64,000 nt of DNA from Vicinamibacterales bacterium (lineage in GTDB: Bacteria > Acidobacteriota > Vicinamibacteria > Vicinamibacterales > UBA2999): NCBI GenBank assembly GCA_035711805.1, contig DASTBV010000100.1, forward strand, positions 1,552-65,551. The letters run 5' to 3'. Below, in pieces: positions 23,899-31,211 of the stretch. Position 1 is the stretch's first letter. Every line of letters starts with the position of its first letter. Below the pieces are notes generated by a model. It saw only the letters and a list, made by a program, of their open reading frames with translations. It was not told the DNA's origin and made no database searches. A program made the translations under genes and the position numbers.

Positions 23899-26259
23899 TC
23901 AGCGCGTCGGCACCACGGGGAGCGCCGCTCGCGCACCAGGTGCTGTTCGAATGGCTGTGACGGCTACTTGCTGATCGCTCGTTGCCGCGATCGTCCCCTG
24001 CAGCGTCTGCACCTTGGCGTTCGGGAACAGGTCGTCGAACGTTCTCACCACCTGGCCGTTCGCCGGCACGCGAATCTGCGCGGCCCCGCCCGGCACCGGC
24101 GCACCCGCCTGATCGTGCAGGGCGACCTGGACGCTCGCCGCCTGTCCACTCGACGTCACGGCCAGTTCGGTGGCGATGCCAGCCGCACGGTCACGCACCA
24201 CGGCGGCGACGAAGGCGGTCGCCGGCGTCGCCGCCGGGGTGTCCACAACCGAGGCACCACTAACGACTCGCAGCACAGCGCCGACGTTCCCCTCGTTCGC
24301 TTCGACGTGCGCAAAACCGGTCTGAACCGGGCCTCCAGCCACTGTCGTGAGGACCAGGGTTGCTAACGGTGCAAGGTCGAATGGCGTCGTCGGCGCTGCC
24401 GGCTGCTTGTTGAGCGAGATCGGCCACGGGCGGCCCTGTTGATCCGCCAATGCCACCGTGCCGCGCGCACGGGCCGTGAAGGATGGATTCATCAGGATCA
24501 GACTCGAGCCGGAATCCCCGCCAGCAGTCACCGAACTGAACACGATCGGACCGCCCGCCACGCCGGGCGTGATACGCACCGCAGGTGTCGCTGTCACGAC
24601 GGTCCCGCGGCGCTGCAACGCCACGATGGCAAGGGGACCGCCCTCCTGCGGCCGGTCGCTGCCGACTTCGACGGTGAGCGCCCCCTGGAAGTCACCGAGG
24701 CGCGGAAACAGCTCACGAACCCACACGGTTCGCTGGGCGTAGGGCGCCAGCTCCACGGTGGCGCTGCAACACTCCAATTCGGCGCCGACGGCACTCCGTA
24801 CCGTCAGCTTGACGCGGCTGCGGAGAAGGCTGTTCGTGATGAGGACGCCGCTGCCGCCGGTCGCATCGTCGTTGACCGGCACGATTGCGCCATCCAGCAA
24901 GGCAGACTCAGAGGCGCCGAATGTGCCCAATGCCGCCGACGACGTCCGCGCGGTGAGGCCGAGCGGTACACTCGAAAACAGCTGCGCGGACGCGACGATC
25001 GCCGCTTCCGGCGCAAAGGTCTCGATGACCACTGCGCCCAGCGGCGGAACGCTGAAGGCTCCGGCCTTGAGCGCCTCCGCCCGTGGCGTCACACGCGCAC
25101 CATCCTCGCCGTAGAACACGAGCCGGCCGCTACTCGCTTCCGTTGCAGACGGATTGACGAGCAGGAAGGATGTGGAGCGCGTGGGATCGAGGCCGACGTG
25201 CGGGACAACGTGCGTGTGCTGGACGCGCTCGACGTTGGCGGCGAGGTATGTGCCGGATGTCAGCGGATCCATGAAACGTCCCGGCGCGAGGTCGCGCGGC
25301 GTGAAGCCGCTTAACGTGAGCAGATCCTCGCCCGGTCCGCCGTCCACGATTTCCGTGCCATCGCGGACAACATCGCCGGTTCGAATCACGATGATGTCGT
25401 CGCCGTCGCCGCCGTTTACGACATCCGTGCCGGCGCCGCCGAGCAGCAGGTCGGCGCCGCTGCCGCCGTTGACGAAATCGCGGCCATCGCCGCCGAACAG
25501 CGTGTCCTGATCGTTTCCGCCATCGACGAAGTCGCCGCCGGCGCTGCCCGTCAGAGTGTCGTTGCCAGGCCCGCCTTTGAGCGTGTCGTCGCCCTGACCG
25601 CCATCGATGGTGTCGTCGCCGGCCTCACCGAGGGCCGTGTCATCGCCGTCCCCGCCGGCGATGATGTCGTTGCCGGCACCGCCGGCGATCGAATCGATCC
25701 CGTCGTTGCCGGACAGCCGGTCGTTGTCGGCGCCGCCGGACAGTGAATCGTCTCCGTCGCCGCCGGCGAGCACGTCGTTGCCGGCGGCGCCGCGGAGCAC
25801 GTCAGTGCCGTCACCACCGTCGGCATCGTCAACACCGGGCCCGCCCTCGATCACATCGTCGTCGTCGTTGCCTTCGATCGTGTCGTTGCCGTCGCCGCCG
25901 CGAAGCGTATCGTTCCCAGCGCCGCCATCGATAATGTCGTTTTCGGCGCCACCGTCGACGGTGTCCTCGCCCTCGCCGGCGTCGATTACGTCTCGACCTC
26001 TCCCCCCGGCGATGATGTCCTGCCCCTTCCGGCCGAAGATCCAATCCTCAGCGTCGGTACCGGTCAGGCGGTCGTCTTCGTCCTTGCCTTCAATGACGTT
26101 CTTGGGGCCGGATCCGCGACCCGCTTCGGCAACGGCGTCCGGACGTGGCTTCCCCTGGGCACCTTCCTGCGCCGTCGGCCACTCGGGAACGAACACGACG
26201 CCGAAGATCAGTGCGGCAGCGGCCACCGCATCGCGAGCCGTGAGGTGTAGTTGGATCAT
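23899..26259 (-). CDS. Ca-binding RTX (hemolysin-type GGxGxD nonapeptide) repeat protein with N-terminal signal/anchor and four C-terminal beta-sandwich-like repeats
   Basis: ATG at 26259 (MIQLHLTARDAVAAAALIFGVVFV). About 25 consecutive GGxGxDx(L/I/F)x nonapeptides occupy residues ~62-307. Four ~100-aa repeats follow, each opening with a hydrophobic-x-NPS/NS strand: FLLVNPSATE, VLITNSLLRS, LILMNPSFTA, ELAVTSSGQA. Confidence 0.85.
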   Translation of the reverse strand: MIQLHLTARDAVAAAALIFGVVFVPEWPTAQEGAQGKPRPDAVAEAGRGSGPKNVIEGKDEDDRLTGTDAEDWIFGRKGQDIIAGGRGRDVIDAGEGEDTVDGGAENDIIDGGAGNDTLRGGDGNDTIEGNDDDDVIEGGPGVDDADGGDGTDVLRGAAGNDVLAGGDGDDSLSGGADNDRLSGNDGIDSIAGGAGNDIIAGGDGDDTALGEAGDDTIDGGQGDDTLKGGPGNDTLTGSAGGDFVDGGNDQDTLFGGDGRDFVNGGSGADLLLGGAGTDVVNGGDGDDIIVIRTGDVVRDGTEIVDGGPGEDLLTLSGFTPRDLAPGRFMDPLTSGTYLAANVERVQHTHVVPHVGLDPTRSTSFLLVNPSATEASSGRLVFYGEDGARVTPRAEALKAGAFSVPPLGAVVIETFAPEAAIVASAQLFSSVPLGLTARTSSAALGTFGASESALLDGAIVPVNDDATGGSGVLITNSLLRSRVKLTVRSAVGAELECCSATVELAPYAQRTVWVRELFPRLGDFQGALTVEVGSDRPQEGGPLAIVALQRRGTVVTATPAVRITPGVAGGPIVFSSVTAGGDSGSSLILMNPSFTARARGTVALADQQGRPWPISLNKQPAAPTTPFDLAPLATLVLTTVAGGPVQTGFAHVEANEGNVGAVLRVVSGASVVDTPAATPATAFVAAVVRDRAAGIATELAVTSSGQAASVQVALHDQAGAPVPGGAAQIRVPANGQVVRTFDDLFPNAKVQTLQGTIAATSDQQVAVTAIRTAPGARAALPVVPTR
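25340..26080 (-). repeat. coding tandem repeats (27-nt period) encoding the RTX nonapeptides
   Basis: Repeated GGCGGCGACGGCGACGAC-like codon blocks on the minus strand. Coordinates are approximate and derived from residue numbers. Confidence 0.7.
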
Positions 26260-26321
26260 GACGCGTCTCTGACCGCGCACATTAGTGGTAGCGTGTCGGC
26301 CCGCCTTGCGAATCACGCGCG

Positions 26322-26355
26322 GATTGTATGTGGTTTTGTCAAGAAACCTTGACAG
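26322..26355 (-). promoter_or_regulatory. shared upstream motif, full copy
   Basis: The reverse strand reads CTGTCAAGGTTTCTTGACAAAACCACAtacAATC. 27 of 27 nt are identical to the 11233 copy. It lies 63 nt upstream of the RTX-protein ATG and overlaps the last codons and stop of the hydrolase gene. Confidence 0.55.
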
Positions 26356-27325
26356 GCTCGGCGAGAAACATCTGCACCTCGTTGAACATCTGCGTTCGAT
26401 TCCGTTCGAGCATCAGATGGTGCGTTCCCTCGCCCACGATCACCAGCCGCTTGCGCGGCGAGTTCGTCAGCCGCGCCAGGATCGCCTGCGCCATGTAGGC
26501 CGGCGTGTCCACGTCCCAGTCGCCCACCACCAGCAGCACCGGCGCTCGGATCGCTGACGGATCGTAGTAGCGTGTGTCCGCTTCCCAGTACTTGAACGCG
26601 TCGACGAGCAGGCCGTTTGGCGCGCGCACGGCGGGCGGGTTCATCTTCGCGCCAACGGGGTCGGCTTCCATGTTGGCCGCCCACCACGATTCGATCACAC
26701 CCGGTGGAATCAGGTCTTTCTGCCGGTCGTGAGCGACACCGGTCAGCCACCGCTGCGTCGCCGCCTCCAGCGTGACGGTGCGATAGGCTCCCATCGGACC
26801 GCTCACGCGCAAGCCGCCCGGAATCCGCCTGACCCAGAGCGGCGCATACATCACGAGCCGCTCCACGTTGTCCGGGTTGTTCGCCGCGTACGCGCCGGCA
26901 ATGACCGTTCCCCATGACCAGCCCATCACGTTCAGCCGCGGCACGCTCCGTCGCTGACGAATGTGATCGACCACGGCTCCGAAATCCGACACGGCATCGT
27001 CCGTCGTCACGACTGGCGCGTTCTCGGCGGCCGGACGATCCATCGCTGGTGGCCGCGTCGATCGGCCGAAGCCGCGGACGTCCATCGAGTACACGTCGTA
27101 GCCGCGGCCGGCGATTGAGTCCATCCACGATGCGCCGTCGATCTTCAGATCGAACATCGTGTCCGACGGGTATGTGGCGCCGTGGACGAACAGGAGCGTG
27201 CGCTCGCCGCTGAACGCGTTCACGCCGTCGGGCCGCGTGTTGCGGACGTACAGGCGAATGTCGGGGTCCGTCGATGGTACGTGATAGCTCTCCGAGATGA
27301 GCCGTTTGCATTTTGCATTTTGCAT
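26339..27325 (-). CDS. alpha/beta hydrolase
   Basis: HG oxyanion block LLFVHGA and nucleophile elbow GWSWG. No signal peptide. The only in-frame ATG (27325) lies inside the TGCAAAA heptamer array. Confidence 0.85.
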   Translation of the reverse strand: MQNAKCKRLISESYHVPSTDPDIRLYVRNTRPDGVNAFSGERTLLFVHGATYPSDTMFDLKIDGASWMDSIAGRGYDVYSMDVRGFGRSTRPPAMDRPAAENAPVVTTDDAVSDFGAVVDHIRQRRSVPRLNVMGWSWGTVIAGAYAANNPDNVERLVMYAPLWVRRIPGGLRVSGPMGAYRTVTLEAATQRWLTGVAHDRQKDLIPPGVIESWWAANMEADPVGAKMNPPAVRAPNGLLVDAFKYWEADTRYYDPSAIRAPVLLVVGDWDVDTPAYMAQAILARLTNSPRKRLVIVGEGTHHLMLERNRTQMFNEVQMFLAEPVKVS

Positions 27326-27334
27326 TTTGCATTG
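27305..27334. repeat. TTTTGCA/TGCAAAA heptamer tandem array (about 4 units)
   Basis: tttgca ttttgca ttttgca ttttgca ttg. On the minus strand this gives ATGs at 27332, 27325, 27318 and 27311. Confidence 0.9.
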
Positions 27335-27340
27335 ACGTGG

Positions 27341-27366
27341 CTTCTGCCTTAAGGCGGAAGCTACGG
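27341..27366 (+). repeat. REP-like element, variant subfamily
   Basis: CTTCTGCC-TTAA-GGCGGAAG-CTACGG. The CTA of CTACGG is the stop codon (reverse strand) of the cyclase gene. Confidence 0.7.
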
Positions 27367-28173
27367 AGAAGACGGCAGGATCGCCACAGCGCGAAGCGGA
27401 GCGCCCGTGCCGCCGGCGATCTTCATCGGCAGCGCGACGATGAAGGCGCCGCGGGACGGAAGGCGATCGAGCGCCGTCAGATTCTCGAAGGCGGGCAGGT
27501 TCGCCTCATAGAGGATCCGGTGCGACTCGAAGAGCGTCGACTGGCCGTAGTCGATGCTGGCCGTGTCGATCCCGACGGCGCGAACGTCTTTCGTGACGAG
27601 CCATTTCGCGGCATCGGGATGGAGACCCGGGAAGTGCAACTTCGGCACCGCCGCGGCTCCCCGTTCAGCAGTGCCAAGATAGCGTGCCGCATCGGGCCAC
27701 CGGCTCGAGAATCCCGTTCGCAGCAGAACGATGGAGTCGGCCGTGATCGGACCGTGTTCGGTCTCGGCACGCGTCAGATCGTCAACGGTCACCTGATAGT
27801 CGGCGCTTCCCTCGCTCGCCTTCGACACGTCCACCACCACGGCGGGGCCGAAGAACCGCTGGAGCGGAATCTGGTCGACAGTCTGCCGGCCCTGAGCGAA
27901 ATGCACTGGTGCATCCAGGTGCGTCCCACCGTGCTCGGAGGTGAAGAAACTGTTCGAGGAGTAGTAGAAGCCTGCCGGCGTCACACCGTCCGCGTCCTTC
28001 CTCAGCCGGAACTGTTCGGCCGTTGGCCAGAAAATGCTCTGCGCGTCGTATGCGTGCGACAGATCGACGAGCTGGCCGGCACGGAACGGCAGTGGTGATT
28101 GCGCGGGCGGTGCCTCGCGGGCGCAGCTGGCGAAGACTGTCACAAGCAGCAGGCAAACAGGTAGGCTTTTCAT
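27361..28173 (-). CDS. cyclase-family protein (kynurenine-formamidase-like), lipoprotein
   Basis: N-terminus MKSLPVCLLLVTVFASC. Canonical HxGTHxDxPxH motif (EHGGTHLDAPVHF). Confidence 0.85.
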   Translation of the reverse strand: MKSLPVCLLLVTVFASCAREAPPAQSPLPFRAGQLVDLSHAYDAQSIFWPTAEQFRLRKDADGVTPAGFYYSSNSFFTSEHGGTHLDAPVHFAQGRQTVDQIPLQRFFGPAVVVDVSKASEGSADYQVTVDDLTRAETEHGPITADSIVLLRTGFSSRWPDAARYLGTAERGAAAVPKLHFPGLHPDAAKWLVTKDVRAVGIDTASIDYGQSTLFESHRILYEANLPAFENLTALDRLPSRGAFIVALPMKIAGGTGAPLRAVAILPSSP

Positions 28174-28199
28174 CGGCCGAATCGTAACGGGAGGGCCCC

Positions 28200-29552
28200 A
28201 TGTCTCTCAACCGAATCGCGATCGTTGCGCTGGTGGTGGTGACCGCCGGGCAGCCTGCCGCTCAGCAGTCAACGACCCCGCAGCCGCCTGTTCTGTTCGA
28301 CGGGGTGACGTATCTCCCGATGGACGGCGAGACCTCGACCACCGTGAACCGTGACCGAAGCGTGCTCGTCTCGAACGGACTCATCACTCAGATCGGAGCA
28401 GCTGGAGCAAAGATCCCCGAAGGAGGAATTCGTGTCGATGGCCGCGGCAAGTTCCTCATGCCGGCGCTCGCTGAAATGCATGCGCACATTCCAAACGATC
28501 CGGCCGAGGCCGAGCGCGTGTTGTTCATGTACGTGGCAAACGGGATCGGCACGATCCGCAGCATGCTCGGTGATCCCTCGCACTTCCGGCTGCGCGAACG
28601 GGTCAGGCGTGGCGAGATAGCCGGACCCGCCATGATCCTGTCGGGACCGTCGTTCAATGCACAGACGGCTTCAACGCCACAGGCCGCGACGTCCAGAGTC
28701 GCGGATCAGGTGAAAGCCGGCTACGACTTTCTCAAGATTCATCCCGGCATTCCGCTCACGGCCTTCAACGCGCTGGCCGCTGCGGCGGGCAAGGCGGCCA
28801 TTCGATTTGCCGGACACGTGCCCGCCGACGTCGGCCTGCGACGGGCGCTGCAACTGAAGTTCTGGACCGTCGATCACCTCGACGGCTACGTGGAGGCGCT
28901 CGCCGGCTCAGGCGCGCCCGCGTCCCAGAACTTCGGCGTCAATCTGATGTCGCACGTCGATGAGTCACGCATCGCCGCGCTTGCCGCCGACACGAAAACA
29001 GCCGGCGTCTGGAACGTGCCGACGCAGATCCTCCTCGAAAACTGGTACGGCCCCGAGTCCGCGGAGACGATGCAGGCACGCCCGGAGATGCAGTACGTGC
29101 GGCCCGCGGAAGCTGCCCAATGGATGGCGACCAAGCGGGACAACGACCGCACCGTGTCGGCGAAGGAGCGGGCGCGGTTCATCGCGGTGCGTCGGCGAAT
29201 GATCAAGGCCCTGCAGGACGCCGGCGCAGGGTTGCTTCTCGGATCGGACGCGCCGCAGGTCTGGAACGTCCCCGGCTTCTCCATTCACCGGGAGCTTGCC
29301 TCGTATGTTGCCGCCGGACTGACGCCCTATCAGGCGCTCGCGACGGGAACCCGCAACATCGCCGCCCATCTGGGCGGATCGGGTCCCCGCTTCGCCGTTC
29401 GGGATATCGACCGGGCGAACCTCGTGCTGCTGGACGCGAACCCGCTCGAGAACATCGCGAATAGTTCGCGAATCGCCGGTGTGATGATCGGCGGTCGCTG
29501 GATCCCCAAAGCGGAAATAGACCGGCGACTGTCAGAACTAAGACCGCGATAA
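28200..29552 (+). CDS. amidohydrolase-family protein, secreted
   Basis: Signal peptide. Metal-binding EMHAHIP block. GGGAGGG SD lies upstream. It is divergent from the cyclase gene with a 26-nt gap. Confidence 0.85.
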   Translation: MSLNRIAIVALVVVTAGQPAAQQSTTPQPPVLFDGVTYLPMDGETSTTVNRDRSVLVSNGLITQIGAAGAKIPEGGIRVDGRGKFLMPALAEMHAHIPNDPAEAERVLFMYVANGIGTIRSMLGDPSHFRLRERVRRGEIAGPAMILSGPSFNAQTASTPQAATSRVADQVKAGYDFLKIHPGIPLTAFNALAAAAGKAAIRFAGHVPADVGLRRALQLKFWTVDHLDGYVEALAGSGAPASQNFGVNLMSHVDESRIAALAADTKTAGVWNVPTQILLENWYGPESAETMQARPEMQYVRPAEAAQWMATKRDNDRTVSAKERARFIAVRRRMIKALQDAGAGLLLGSDAPQVWNVPGFSIHRELASYVAAGLTPYQALATGTRNIAAHLGGSGPRFAVRDIDRANLVLLDANPLENIANSSRIAGVMIGGRWIPKAEIDRRLSELRPR

Positions 29553-29580
29553 TGCAGGATTCAAAATGCAGGATGCAAAA
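29553..29580. repeat. degenerate TGCAAAA heptamer array (4 units)
   Basis: tgcagga ttcaaaa tgcagga tgcaaaa. It starts immediately after the amidohydrolase stop. Confidence 0.85.
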
Positions 29581-29604
29581 CGGCCGCGGAGCCTGTGCTC
29601 TGGC

Positions 29605-29630
29605 TTGCATTTTGAATTTTGCATTTTGCA
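29605..29630. repeat. degenerate TTTTGCA heptamer array, inverted relative to 29553..29580
   Basis: ttgca ttttgaa ttttgca ttttgca. A 24-nt spacer separates it from the preceding array. Confidence 0.85.
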
Positions 29631-29649
29631 CTGCGCACTCTCGTATAAT
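29619..29649 (+). promoter_or_regulatory. candidate sigma70-like promoter (TTGCAT - 19 nt - TATAAT)
   Basis: A perfect TATAAT lies at 29644..29649, 19 nt upstream of the ATG at 29669. The -35-like hexamer comes from the heptamer array. The spacer is longer than optimal. Confidence 0.3.
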
Positions 29650-29668
29650 TCGCGCGCGAGGAGCATTC

Positions 29669-31135
29669 ATGAAGTCGATGTACAAGGCAGGATTGACGGT
29701 TGGCGCCGTCGTGATCGTGGCGGCGCTCTTCACCACTGAATCGCTGTTCGGACAGGGCGGCGGCCAGGCGCCAGCCGCGGGCAGAGCCGGCGGCCAGGGA
29801 CGCGGCGGGCAGGGGCCGGGCGGACCCGGTGGCCCGGGCGGTGGCCGCGGTGCGGTTCAGCAGAACCTTCCCGCTTCTCCAACGGCGGTGACGCTGCCGA
29901 CGATGACGGAAGTCACCGGCCCGGGGCCGATGTACGACTCCGCGCCATCGCAGCCGGCAGGCAAGGGCCTCGACTTCTACAAGTACCAGGCGAAGGAATA
30001 CTTCATCAGTGGCACGGCCAACGGCCAGCCGTACAAGACCCGCATGGTCGTCCGTATGCCCGCCGATCGCAGCCGCTTCAGCGGTCTCGTGCTCGTCGAA
30101 TCGATGCACGGCAGTGGCGCCGCGCACATGTTCGAGTACACCTCGATGTACACGATGGCCTCGGGCCACGCCGCCGTCGAGATCGTCACCACCCCGAACA
30201 CGCCGGGCGAGCTGACGAAGATGAACGAGGCACGCTACAAGGAGATGGCGCTCGTCGCCGGCCAGAACACCGACATCCTCGCCCAGGCCGGCGCGCTGAT
30301 TAAGAGCGGCAGTCCGCTTGGCGGCGCGGTGCCGCGCAAGATGGTCCTCGCGGGAACCTCGCAGACCGCCGGCATCCTGATCAACTACCTGCCGGGGCAC
30401 GTCGTCTACCGCACACCGAAGATGGAACGCATCTACGACGGCTTCATGCCGACGTCCAACGGCTCCAACATCACACAGGACGTTGACGTCCCGATCGTCC
30501 ACGTGCCGACGATGCACGAGGTGAGCGGACAGACCATTACGTGGCGGCAGGACAGCGACGAAGCCGGGAAGCAGTATCGCCTCTATGAGTTCTCGGGCAT
30601 GGCGCACGTGGACACTCGCGACGCCGCGCGCATGATGCCGAACCCGTGCGCGCAGCCGCTCAGCACCTACCCGCTGCAGGCCTACATGTCGGTGGCGCTC
30701 AACCACCTGTTCAACTGGGTGGACAAGGGTGTGGCGCCGCCGCGCGCCGACCGTATCTGGCTCGATCGCAACGAGGCTGACGGCTCGACGATGGCACTCG
30801 ACGATGCCGGCAATCCGCGCGGCGGCATTCGCAGTCCGTACGTGGACGTTCCGGTCGTCAAGTACCGGATTCGCCCGCCGGTGGCAAACCCGTTCCCGGC
30901 AAATCCGAGCGCCTGGATGAAAGCGAACGGCAACGAAAAGGGCGGAGCGCTGATGTGCAACCTCAGCGCCTCTCAGCTGGCCCTTTCGAAAGACGAGTTG
31001 AAGAAGCGCTACAAGAACAAGAAGAACTACGCGGGCATGGTCGAGCGGCGCGTCAACGAGCTCGAGAAGGCCGGGTGGTCGCTGCCGGTGTATCGCGAGC
31101 TGATTCTCAGCGACGCAGCGAAGGTTGATTTCTAG
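29669..31135 (+). CDS. secreted protein with alpha/beta-hydrolase-like domain and Gly/Arg/Pro-rich N-terminal linker
   Basis: ATG at 29669 inside track ORF 29552..31135. GAGGAG lies 6 nt upstream. Signal/anchor MKSMYKAGLTVGAVVIVAALF. Low-complexity stretch GGGQAPAAGRAGGQGRGGQGPGGPGGPGGGRG. The family call is weak. Confidence 0.7.
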   Translation: MKSMYKAGLTVGAVVIVAALFTTESLFGQGGGQAPAAGRAGGQGRGGQGPGGPGGPGGGRGAVQQNLPASPTAVTLPTMTEVTGPGPMYDSAPSQPAGKGLDFYKYQAKEYFISGTANGQPYKTRMVVRMPADRSRFSGLVLVESMHGSGAAHMFEYTSMYTMASGHAAVEIVTTPNTPGELTKMNEARYKEMALVAGQNTDILAQAGALIKSGSPLGGAVPRKMVLAGTSQTAGILINYLPGHVVYRTPKMERIYDGFMPTSNGSNITQDVDVPIVHVPTMHEVSGQTITWRQDSDEAGKQYRLYEFSGMAHVDTRDAARMMPNPCAQPLSTYPLQAYMSVALNHLFNWVDKGVAPPRADRIWLDRNEADGSTMALDDAGNPRGGIRSPYVDVPVVKYRIRPPVANPFPANPSAWMKANGNEKGGALMCNLSASQLALSKDELKKRYKNKKNYAGMVERRVNELEKAGWSLPVYRELILSDAAKVDF

Positions 31136-31146
31136 AGAGACGAAAC

Positions 31147-31211
31147 GACACACCGAGGCAGTGAGGCAGCGAGGATGACCGTTCAAGGGTTACTCGGTGT
31201 CTCGGTGTGTC
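31147..31211 (+). repeat. hairpin with 11-bp perfect arms enclosing the RBS and ATG
   Basis: GACACACCGAG (31147..31157) pairs with CTCGGTGTGTC (31201..31211). An extra CTCGGTGT direct copy lies at 31193..31200. Confidence 0.7.

Noticed and set aside
29561-31186. 541-aa minus-strand ORF
   Set aside because: It is antisense to the + strand secreted alpha/beta-hydrolase-like gene. The translation is Arg/His-rich and its N-terminal part runs through the heptamer repeats.
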